A stretch of 64,000 nucleotides of DNA, taken from the IMG/VR virus record IMGVR_UViG_3300029893_000001, positions 248,001 to 312,000 of that record, one strand, 5' to 3'. The notes below the pieces were generated by a model that was not told the DNA's origin, searched no databases, and was given only the letters and a program-made list of their open reading frames with translations. Shown one piece after another: positions 9,960 to 17,740 of this stretch; positions within the stretch are counted from its first letter, which is position 1, and each line of letters opens with the position of its first letter. A program made the position numbers and the translations under genes.

Positions 9960-10334
9960 TTACTTGGCAACCCAACCGGTATTGGTGTTATTGCCGGATT
10001 CCTTAACGTACAAGGTCGTTCCGGCTCCGCCGTCTCTCCTGACATATAGGTCGCCCACGCTGCCTACAACGGCACTTTCCGGGCTGCCAGTACCAGCAAG
10101 CACCTTCGCACCGCCTGTGACAACTTCGGCCTGATTGTCATCATTTGTGGCTGAAGGATTTACGGCAAACGCAAGGTGGCCAGCACTTGCTAAAGCCAAA
10201 AGGGCCGGACGTGTCAGCTCCAATTCATTGGCGGTGAGATCAAGCTGACGCACCTCATTTGGCTCAAGGATGCCGACATATGAACCTACAGGCAGACGAC
10301 TTGCGGTTCGATTCGTCACGGACACGGTGGGCAT
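9960..10334 (-). CDS. Short virion fibre/decoration protein
   Basis: C-terminal 'GTGSPESAVVGSVGDLYVRRDGGAGTTLYVKESG..NTGWVAK' motif typical of phage fibre/spike ends; N-domain shared with the two fibres; AAGGAG RBS. Confidence 0.7.
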   Translation of the reverse strand: MPTVSVTNRTASRLPVGSYVGILEPNEVRQLDLTANELELTRPALLALASAGHLAFAVNPSATNDDNQAEVVTGGAKVLAGTGSPESAVVGSVGDLYVRRDGGAGTTLYVKESGNNTNTGWVAK

Positions 10335-10374
10335 TGATTTTCTCCTTTATAGCGGGCTTCTCCGCCCACCACAG

Positions 10375-10402
10375 TAGATAACCAGTGCTCGCCGAAGACT
10401 AA
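10375..10402 (-). promoter_or_regulatory. Phage promoter-like motif TTAG-N17-TTATCTA
   Basis: Exact motif about 40 nt upstream of ATG 10334. Confidence 0.7.
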
Positions 10403-10424
10403 TTTTAGCTCATCAAGCCAGAAA

Positions 10425-11561
10425 TTAGAGCAAACCGAGTCGACTGAATAGGGGGAGAACTTGATTCTGACCACCATTTACTGTTTGTACACGAGCCACG
10501 AGACTCTGCAGTCCAAAGTCATAAGGTCGCGTTGCAACGGCACCCACGCTCACCCTACGTAGCATATTGCGTTTAGTCTGTTGGAGCTGATTGTCTAAGT
10601 ACTCCTTGAGACGACTCATCGCGCTCTCATAAGCGCCGGTCCGGTCCACGTCCAACGTTACAGTTTGCCCACTAAAGTTGAATGCTAGTTCACCTTCACT
10701 CAGATACTGAGCGTTGAGCCCCCACCAAGCCGCCGCCATAAGGAGGAAATTGGTCATGCCAAAGGCATTTGGCCAGTTGACCAGCGTCCAATTCGTGATT
10801 GGGTTCACTGCATTTACGTAGTCAGCGCCACGAAGCAGGTATTCGTATAGGTCCGAATCGGAATACGCCTGAACATGTCCGATTTTCTTCTGCACCTTAT
10901 CGATTAGCATCCGAAGAGAAGGCTGAATCCACCAAAAAATCATGTCAGGAACACGAATCTGTTGAATCATTGTCACCGATGGTGATATTGCCGTCTGTCT
11001 CGTATTCCATACGACGAGATAGCAGCCAGTCGCTGTAAGCGGAGGTGTGTCCACGTAATACGTGTAGAACCCATCAGACTGAACGGTCTGTACGGCAGGC
11101 GTCAGATTCGTCTGAACGTTGGCAGAATCAATTAGCTGAACCTGGACTATCTCTTGTGCGTTCTTGAACTTGATCAGAGCGCGTTCGGAGTTCCCCACGT
11201 AGGTTAGGTTCGTATATGTACGCTCATCCGGAGACGCCTCGATGTTATCAATGATGATGAAGTTCGATTGCCTCTCGATTTGCCGCCCGCCGTTCGTTAC
11301 GACAAGCCAATCAATTCGCCAAGGATTGTCTGGACCCATCATGTCGGCGTCCGCAGGAACAAACCAGGTGAATCGCCAGCGCCCCGAACCAGCGTTGAGT
11401 GCGACGCCGGACTGAATTATCTCCTCCGCAGGAGAGACAATGGACACCGAAGGATAAGCAACAGGGTCAAGCGGAACGATAGGTGTTCCATCCTCTTCAA
11501 CGAAGAGCTGTTCAAAAACAACAGGCGTTCCACGAACAACCTTTTGAGGTGAAATTGCCAT
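10425..11561 (-). CDS. Virion structural protein (Ig-like N-terminus, probable neck/head-tail adaptor C-terminus)
   Basis: Beta-sandwich-like N-half; C-half 'LRMLIDK...YSDSDLYEYL...FSGQTVTLD' resembles head-tail adaptor proteins. Confidence 0.55.
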   Translation of the reverse strand: MAISPQKVVRGTPVVFEQLFVEEDGTPIVPLDPVAYPSVSIVSPAEEIIQSGVALNAGSGRWRFTWFVPADADMMGPDNPWRIDWLVVTNGGRQIERQSNFIIIDNIEASPDERTYTNLTYVGNSERALIKFKNAQEIVQVQLIDSANVQTNLTPAVQTVQSDGFYTYYVDTPPLTATGCYLVVWNTRQTAISPSVTMIQQIRVPDMIFWWIQPSLRMLIDKVQKKIGHVQAYSDSDLYEYLLRGADYVNAVNPITNWTLVNWPNAFGMTNFLLMAAAWWGLNAQYLSEGELAFNFSGQTVTLDVDRTGAYESAMSRLKEYLDNQLQQTKRNMLRRVSVGAVATRPYDFGLQSLVARVQTVNGGQNQVLPLFSRLGLL

Positions 11562-11588
11562 AGTGATGACAACCCGAAGACTTATCTT
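11560..11588 (+). promoter_or_regulatory. Phage promoter-like motif ATAG-N18-TTATCTT
   Basis: Motif variant oriented into the 11653 gene. Confidence 0.55.
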
Positions 11589-11604
11589 TTAGAAGGCCTG
11601 GAAG

Positions 11605-11633
11605 CAAATAACTAGGTGCAAATATCAGGCTAT
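11605..11633 (-). promoter_or_regulatory. Phage promoter-like motif ATAG-N18-TTATTTG
   Basis: Motif variant oriented into the 11561 gene; same boxes and spacing as 19736-19764. Confidence 0.55.
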
Positions 11634-11652
11634 CTCTACTCAGGATTTTCTT

Positions 11653-12783
11653 GTGAGTGCGAAGGGATACAGACCTACAGATGACGATAGAGTGACGGCT
11701 AACACCGACATTCTGGGTGATCTGCCGCAGCGTCACGCAAGAGAAGACCTGATTCCGATCATTGCTCGGAAGAGCCAAAATGCCTCTAACGTAGATCCGA
11801 TCTATTTCGAGTATTTTCAGAGGATCAAGACCGGACGAAGGTGTTCGTGCTTCGAGATCGAAACAGATCCTGCCGGAATTTGCCCTGTGTGTTTTGGGAC
11901 AGGCATTGTCGGAGGCTACAACAAAAGAGGCACCAAAACTGAGGTCTTTGACGTCACATATCCCAACGTAGCAGCCGCAAACGTCACACCTGACTACAAC
12001 CACCCTACCAGACCCATTTTCTGGTCTCTTGTCAAGTCTGCCGTTTTCGGTACCGTAGATTTCGAAGTCCATCTGAAGTCCAACATTGGAGTCTTAGATC
12101 TGTTGGATATCAAGGACTACCAACCTGCAGGAACATCTATCTCGTACTATCTTAGATCACCATCAGAAACGGACTTCATCACCCTCACGGACGAGTCACT
12201 TCGAGTGCGGCTTGGACAGCAGAAGTTGCTGTTTAGGATCGAGATGAAGAGAGTCTCTCCATCAGCACCCCTTCCAAAGCTTGTTTCTATTCGGATGGCA
12301 TATCGACTGATCGCTAACACAGAAGTTAGAGTGAATCTACCTCGTGTCCGTGAAAGTTTGACGCTGGAAGAATTGGGGATCTACCAGAGCTTCAGTGGAC
12401 AGACGTTCTGGCTCGACAACACATTGAAGAATGTCTCGGCAGAAGATTGGATGTACAACACACTTGACGGTACGAGGTGGAAGATCACAGAAGTGTCCGA
12501 CAACAAGCCCCACGGAATCCTAACCTCCTGGGACCTGACTGCTCGTCTGATTCACTCTCAGGAGGGATACTACATCGTCCCGTTAGGGAAAACTGTCGAG
12601 AAAAAGCTACCAGAATTCGTCAAATCTATTCAGACCGACCAAGAGGACCAAGAGTTCTTGCTCAAAAGCAATGCAAACCACCTTAGGAAGCCAGGAAATC
12701 GTGCCGAAACGCCCACGTCTGACGGCCCGTCCGTTACAGTTCCTGGCCAACCAGATGTAAGCACCCCTAAGCGAGAGGTTTGA
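11653..12783 (+). CDS. Putative virion (neck/head-closure-like) protein with CxC...CxxC motif
   Basis: 'RRCSCF...ICPVCFGTGIVGGY'; long ORF. Confidence 0.55.
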   Translation: MSAKGYRPTDDDRVTANTDILGDLPQRHAREDLIPIIARKSQNASNVDPIYFEYFQRIKTGRRCSCFEIETDPAGICPVCFGTGIVGGYNKRGTKTEVFDVTYPNVAAANVTPDYNHPTRPIFWSLVKSAVFGTVDFEVHLKSNIGVLDLLDIKDYQPAGTSISYYLRSPSETDFITLTDESLRVRLGQQKLLFRIEMKRVSPSAPLPKLVSIRMAYRLIANTEVRVNLPRVRESLTLEELGIYQSFSGQTFWLDNTLKNVSAEDWMYNTLDGTRWKITEVSDNKPHGILTSWDLTARLIHSQEGYYIVPLGKTVEKKLPEFVKSIQTDQEDQEFLLKSNANHLRKPGNRAETPTSDGPSVTVPGQPDVSTPKREV

Positions 12784-12992
12784 CGATGAGGACAAATGTA
12801 CAGCGATACCTCCGAATGATGGAGGAGCTGCGAGAGGTCCGCCATCAAGAGCAAGGTCTATTAGAGAAAATGGATCTCCTGTGGCAAGCTATGGATTTAG
12901 AGGAAAAGGAAGAAATCCGAGCACTAAACCTAAACTGGCCCTCTCCAGTTCTGACACCGCAGGAATACGAGGACAAACATGGCGAACGTTGA
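12780..12992 (+). CDS. Small hypothetical protein
   Basis: Coupled overlaps, GAGG RBS. Confidence 0.55.
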   Translation: MTMRTNVQRYLRMMEELREVRHQEQGLLEKMDLLWQAMDLEEKEEIRALNLNWPSPVLTPQEYEDKHGER

Positions 12993-13374
12993 ATTCACAA
13001 GAGCTGACCCCACCGGAATCCCCCCGGACGATAACCCCGCTACCGCAGTCCCCCTTGCTGCCCCAGACCGGGCTATCCTGGTTCTAGGGACAAAAATGTT
13101 TGGGGCGTCGAATGTTGGGTTCATTAGCTTCTCAGACCAACTGCGACGTGTTGGACATCGATCCAACGGTCATTTTGGAAGCACGTATCGTACGATGCCG
13201 TCGCATGGCAACACTCTCATAATCGGCTTTGATAAGGTAGAAATCCCGGCCGAAACAGTCAAGAAGCTTGACCAGTTTGTCAAGGATGCTCTCGGTGACC
13301 TAATCTTCCGAAAATTACTCATCGTAGAAGACACTGGAGTAAGACTTACCCCGGATCAAATGCGCAACTACTGA
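12979..13374 (+). CDS. Hypothetical protein
   Basis: GAGGA RBS, operon context. Confidence 0.7.
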   Translation: MANVEFTRADPTGIPPDDNPATAVPLAAPDRAILVLGTKMFGASNVGFISFSDQLRRVGHRSNGHFGSTYRTMPSHGNTLIIGFDKVEIPAETVKKLDQFVKDALGDLIFRKLLIVEDTGVRLTPDQMRNY

Positions 13375-13393
13375 GATTGAGTAGGGGTATGGA

Positions 13394-13816
13394 GTGGAAA
13401 TTGAACTGCGACAACATCAAGACGGCTCTTTCGTTCTTGACGTACGACAAGGGACGTCGAGGAGCGAAATTGACGTAACAAAGATCATTCATGAAATTTT
13501 CCTGAATAAGCTCAAGGAACTTCAGGCCCGTGTGCGGATGGAAGAGAAGTATCGCAATTGGGTGGTAGAATCAGCGCAGCAAAGCAAATCCGCATTATCG
13601 ACAGCATTTGACCGGTACAAGCTGATCCTAGAGCGGCTCAGGCAAGCTAATAACGCAATGAAAATGGCAATAGACTCATGGAAGCAAAAGAAAGAGCTGA
13701 AGCAGTCGATGATCCGCTTAGCGGAACTCACAGCACAAAACGAGCACTTCCTCACAGAAGACAAGACGCTACAGCAACTAGAAGAGCTGGTCCACCCAGA
13801 GCCAAAGAAAGACTAA
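13394..13816 (+). CDS. Coiled-coil hypothetical protein
   Basis: Heptad-rich ORF. Confidence 0.65.
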   Translation: MEIELRQHQDGSFVLDVRQGTSRSEIDVTKIIHEIFLNKLKELQARVRMEEKYRNWVVESAQQSKSALSTAFDRYKLILERLRQANNAMKMAIDSWKQKKELKQSMIRLAELTAQNEHFLTEDKTLQQLEELVHPEPKKD

Positions 13817-14256
13817 CAATCCTCGCCATGGATCCGGGGAAGACCAATTTCGCTTGGGCTTTCTGGGAAAATGGTGTGCAGGATTATGGTTGGCTAAAGA
13901 CAATGCCTGACGTAAACACGGATGCAGAGTTCATCAATGAATACATTGAGCTATTAGCTAGGCTTAATCCTGACTATATCGTGCTTGAGCGATTTATGGT
14001 CAGAAATAGAGGGCAGTCTGTTCACGCCGAAAGCATCAATCAAATGATTGGTCGCATCTGCATTCTCAGTAGAACCCACCTAGGACGAGACGTCATCCAG
14101 CTCACTGCTGCACAATGGAAGAACTGGTGGAATAAGCAAAAGAAGCAAAACTGGGAAGACCTCTATTCAGAGCTAGAGAGTGTCCACCAACGCGATGCTG
14201 CTGGAATTGCCCACTACACTGAAGAAGCATGGATTCCTAAGCACTGCGTAAGGTAA
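13678..14256 (+). CDS. RuvC-like Holliday junction resolvase (start uncertain)
   Basis: 'ILAMDPGKTNFAWA', 'PDYIVLERF', 'QWK', 'HQRDAAGIA' RNase H-fold motifs. Confidence 0.75.
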   Translation: MEAKERAEAVDDPLSGTHSTKRALPHRRQDATATRRAGPPRAKERLTILAMDPGKTNFAWAFWENGVQDYGWLKTMPDVNTDAEFINEYIELLARLNPDYIVLERFMVRNRGQSVHAESINQMIGRICILSRTHLGRDVIQLTAAQWKNWWNKQKKQNWEDLYSELESVHQRDAAGIAHYTEEAWIPKHCVR

Positions 14257-14260
14257 CCCA

Positions 14261-14956
14261 ATGAAGTTTCGCCTCCTTGCAGAAATGGGCTTCAAATCTA
14301 AGGTCGTGAAGCCGAACAAGTCGACGGAACGAGAGCTGAAGAACGCTCTGCGGAAATACATCCTCGACAACGACAAGGAAGCACTAACCGATCGTGTTGA
14401 GGGAATACTGTATCTCCTCGAACACGGAAAGTACAAGCACCTCATCGATCCCAGCCCACACGAATGGGCGTGGCGATTCATTGATGCAACAACTCCCAAA
14501 AAGCTTGAAAGCATCATCGGAAGAAAGCTGAAGTCGTCCAAAACGAGCCTCAAACTACCTCCGGGTACTCTGAATCCAGATGACCGCGGTCTTAGCAGTT
14601 GGACCGTTAATCCCAGGTCTCTCGTCTACAGCGGGTTCTTCAGTGTAGTCCCAAAGAACAGCAACTTGGCCTTGGTAAAAGCCAAGATTTCTGAAAACAG
14701 GTTCTTTGGGAACCCAGACGATTTGGTGAAACACCTAAAGTTCCCTAAGAAGTACTACGCCCCTGGGTACGCATTAGAGAGGGAAATTGTGGCAGTAGGT
14801 CCAGTTAAGTACGAAACTGGTGCATATCAGATGAGAGACAAGTCAAGAAGTCTCGAAGCTCAGGCGGTAGATCTTATCAACTTCCTAGACCCGCTGAACA
14901 ATAAAGCCGAAGAGTGGAATGAAGAGTATTATTTCCCGAACCTATGGGATGAATGA
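14261..14956 (+). CDS. Hypothetical protein
   Basis: Long ORF; 'LSSWT...EREIVAV' is only faintly reminiscent of ADP-ribosyltransferase motifs, so not called. Confidence 0.7.
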   Translation: MKFRLLAEMGFKSKVVKPNKSTERELKNALRKYILDNDKEALTDRVEGILYLLEHGKYKHLIDPSPHEWAWRFIDATTPKKLESIIGRKLKSSKTSLKLPPGTLNPDDRGLSSWTVNPRSLVYSGFFSVVPKNSNLALVKAKISENRFFGNPDDLVKHLKFPKKYYAPGYALEREIVAVGPVKYETGAYQMRDKSRSLEAQAVDLINFLDPLNNKAEEWNEEYYFPNLWDE

Positions 14957-16581
14957 TGCCTACAATAGCTATATCAAACACAACAAAAAATACCATATCA
15001 ATTGGATCGGTTATAGGGGCACTTAAACCAGGACAATCAAAAGTTTTAGAGTTAACAAGTGATGAATTAGAAAAAACACGAGAGCGCCTGGTACGACTAG
15101 AGAGTCTAGGCAGTATATCGGTAGAAGTTCTGTCAAACTCTGACTCACAAACTGCACCTGCGGCCAGAACCTATGGTGATGTTCACCTATATGTCGATGC
15201 ATCCACTGGTTCAGACGAAAATTCAGGATCAAAAGATGCTCCACTTGCTTCTTTGGTGGAAGTTGAAAAGAGGGTCCCCTTCTATGTAGACCATCCAGTA
15301 TTCATCCATGTTAGGCCACATCCAGGATCAGGCTATGATCCACCTACGTTCCGTGGAAGAATCTGTCATGCTAACATATATGTTATTGGTGAAGGATACA
15401 ACGTACTAGCGTCTGGCACTATTACCTCAAATCACAATTTGTTCCTGACTGTTGATATTGCGCCTGGTGCAGATGATGCGCTTCGTGGGAAGACGTTGGA
15501 AATCCTTGATGGTCCGCTAGCGACGGAGCGTCGAATACTAAGAACAAATGTCGGTACTGCAATTACCCCGCAGGTTGCATTTTCCACGTTGGTACCGCCA
15601 GGGAGTAAGTATCGCATCACAGAATCGACGGTTATAATCAATGCGCCAACTGGTCCAGCAGCTGATCCGACTCCTTCGCACTGGACTATATCCGAGGGTT
15701 GTGGATACGCGGGATCTGGTTATATCAACTCAGGCTTTAGGCAATCTACGCATGGTCTGGTATTGGTAAACTTAAAACTTCGAGCTACTGACAATATGCG
15801 TGCATCGTTTGCAGGCAATCTGATCATGTTTGGAATAGAGATTATTGGAACAGCCACAATCGCAGCGTTTGCAGGCTCGCAAGGAACATCACATTTGCAG
15901 ATAGGATGTGATACCACATTGCACATCGACGGTATAGCTGCGCGAGCGGCACTGGATCTAGGTGCTAAGACAGGCATAGCATGGGCTGCTTGGGGGATGT
16001 ATTGTACACTGTACCAGCTACACTTCAACAGTCTACAAGGTTTGAATATGCACGGACTCGATGCAGAGCTAGTGGTATTCTGGGGTTGCCATAGGGCATA
16101 TTTAACCGCATTTCGAATAACTAGCGGAATGAAGATATATGGCGAGATACAGAATGGTTCTTGTAACGTCTATGTGGACAGACACACGCAGTTTTTAGGA
16201 GATGCTAACACTAGCAATATTGAAGGATCTCTCGATCCTGTAGTCTACGTATATGGAACTCTAGCGACTTTGCACATCAACTGTAGCATTGTTTCACTAG
16301 CTAATACTACCGCGCTGTATGTAAGACGTGGCGCAAAAGTTGTTATTACTAGCGGAGGTGGTTTGCTCACCTTAGATTCTGGAACCGGTACTGCCGTGAA
16401 GGTAACACAGGGAGCCAGGGTTTGGATTGCAGAAGTACCTGGATATCAAGTTACCACTGTCGGCGCAGTTCAATGGCAAATCGGTACCAAGACACCGCTT
16501 ATTGCTACTGATGATGATTTTGTAGAGGATGGTGACCACGTAACCCATTCTGATGGGTCTCAAGTCATGTGGGTGATCTAA
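14953..16581 (+). CDS. Fibre/spike protein with right-handed beta-helix (paralog A)
   Basis: 'LYVDASTGSDENSGSKDAPLASL' beta-helix cap motif; beta-rich repeats; paralog of 17741-19360. Confidence 0.7.
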   Translation: MMPTIAISNTTKNTISIGSVIGALKPGQSKVLELTSDELEKTRERLVRLESLGSISVEVLSNSDSQTAPAARTYGDVHLYVDASTGSDENSGSKDAPLASLVEVEKRVPFYVDHPVFIHVRPHPGSGYDPPTFRGRICHANIYVIGEGYNVLASGTITSNHNLFLTVDIAPGADDALRGKTLEILDGPLATERRILRTNVGTAITPQVAFSTLVPPGSKYRITESTVIINAPTGPAADPTPSHWTISEGCGYAGSGYINSGFRQSTHGLVLVNLKLRATDNMRASFAGNLIMFGIEIIGTATIAAFAGSQGTSHLQIGCDTTLHIDGIAARAALDLGAKTGIAWAAWGMYCTLYQLHFNSLQGLNMHGLDAELVVFWGCHRAYLTAFRITSGMKIYGEIQNGSCNVYVDRHTQFLGDANTSNIEGSLDPVVYVYGTLATLHINCSIVSLANTTALYVRRGAKVVITSGGGLLTLDSGTGTAVKVTQGARVWIAEVPGYQVTTVGAVQWQIGTKTPLIATDDDFVEDGDHVTHSDGSQVMWVI

Positions 16582-16582
16582 T

Positions 16583-17270
16583 TTAGGTGGGCAAGAGACC
16601 ATCCCAATTACCTCTGATATAGTCCTTGTACCTTATTTTGCGGTCCGTACGATGATCAGTTACTTGTCCGTCTTGCTGACGAATAGTTCTGATCTTATCG
16701 CCTCTCATTCCAGAGCCGATCTGCTCACGACGCTTTGCGCCGCGCTCCTGTGCCTTCTTCGCGACTTGCATCTCGTGGATGCGAGCCCGAAGCAAACGAT
16801 ACGCTAAATCCCGGTTCTGGTGCTGACTGCGCTCGTTCTCAACTCGAACACGTACGCCAGTAGGGATGTGCGTCATCTGAACTGCCGATTCCGTTCGATT
16901 TCTGTGCTGTCCGCCAGCGCCAGAACCTCGGCAGGTTGTCCACTCAATGTCCCGCTCCTCGATGTGGAGTGTAGTCTCTGAGGGCTCCTCTAGCACAGCT
17001 ACGGTTACCGTTGAAGTTTGGACTCGTCCGCGCTTCTCGTTCGGCGGGATTCGTTGCCAACGATGGCCTCCCGCCTCCAACTCAAATGTCTTCTTTGCTC
17101 CCTTTCCACTCGCCTGAAAACTCAGAAATCCAGGGCGTTCCTCAATGAGGGTACACTCAAAGTCCCCTCCGGTCCATCAGCTTGGCGTAAATTCCAAACT
17201 GCTCATGAACCAAGGCCTTCGCATCGTCTCCGCCCTCTCCAGCACGGATCTCCACAATTACGTTTTCCAT
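16583..17270 (-). CDS. Class I peptide chain release factor-like protein (228 aa), lacking domain 1, expressed via +1 programmed frameshift
   Basis: Frame 0: MENVIVEIRAGEGGDDA...RRGL-TGA (17270-17157). The +1 frame continues ECTLIEERPG...EAGGHRWQRIPPNEKRGRVQTS...GSGAGGQHRN...VTDHR, including the GGQ motif. Confidence 0.88.
17156..17171 (-). promoter_or_regulatory. prfB-type +1 frameshift cassette CGGAGG-GGA-CTT-TGA-G
   Basis: Internal SD (GGAGG) 3 nt before CTT-TGA, the same geometry as bacterial RF2 AGGGGG-TAT-CTT-TGA-C. Confidence 0.85.
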
Positions 17271-17271
17271 T

Positions 17272-17724
17272 TTACCCTTCCCAACGAGTACAACACCCGT
17301 AGAACTGAACCTTAGCTCGGTATACTGGTGTGTTATCGTTCTGTTTCGCGACAACAGCACAAAAGCCGGTATCGGAGTTCGCTTTCGACGGGGTGAAGTG
17401 GGCACAGTTCCCACACATTGTCCCCTCAGAGGGGATGTCCGTCTCAAAACCAGATGTTTCGGGCGATACTTCTTGAATAGTACCGTGATTTGGAAGTTCC
17501 TGAAGTGAGCGTAGTGGGCGTCCAGTGACGTGATATCCGCACACAGCGTTCCCAGGAACGCTAAGATCTTTCGGCAGGATAGCACACCTTTCCTCGGCTC
17601 GTGCCCACATAAAGCAATTGGCGCACTTACGTCCTTGCTTCTTCAAGGCTCCTTCCATGGGCTGCACATAAAGCACGGACCAAGGCTCAGGGACCACTCT
17701 GAGAGGTAGCTTCATCTTGGGCAT
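17272..17724 (-). CDS. Tandem HiPIP-like cysteine-rich (putative Fe-S) protein
   Basis: Two C-x-N-C...C...C repeats: CANC..RCAIL..VCGYH and CGNC..GFCAVV..GCCTRW. Confidence 0.55.
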   Translation of the reverse strand: MPKMKLPLRVVPEPWSVLYVQPMEGALKKQGRKCANCFMWARAEERCAILPKDLSVPGNAVCGYHVTGRPLRSLQELPNHGTIQEVSPETSGFETDIPSEGTMCGNCAHFTPSKANSDTGFCAVVAKQNDNTPVYRAKVQFYGCCTRWEG

Positions 17725-17740
17725 GTACTTCTGTTCCGGC

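Noticed and set aside
14261-14956. ADP-ribosyltransferase call
   Set aside because: Only SSWT and ExE-like fragments; the upstream catalytic Arg strand is not convincing.
17157-17159. TGA read-through or pseudogene explanation for the split RF
   Set aside because: Frame 0 hits another TGA five codons later; homology continues only in +1, and the SD-CTT-TGA geometry argues for programmed shifting.
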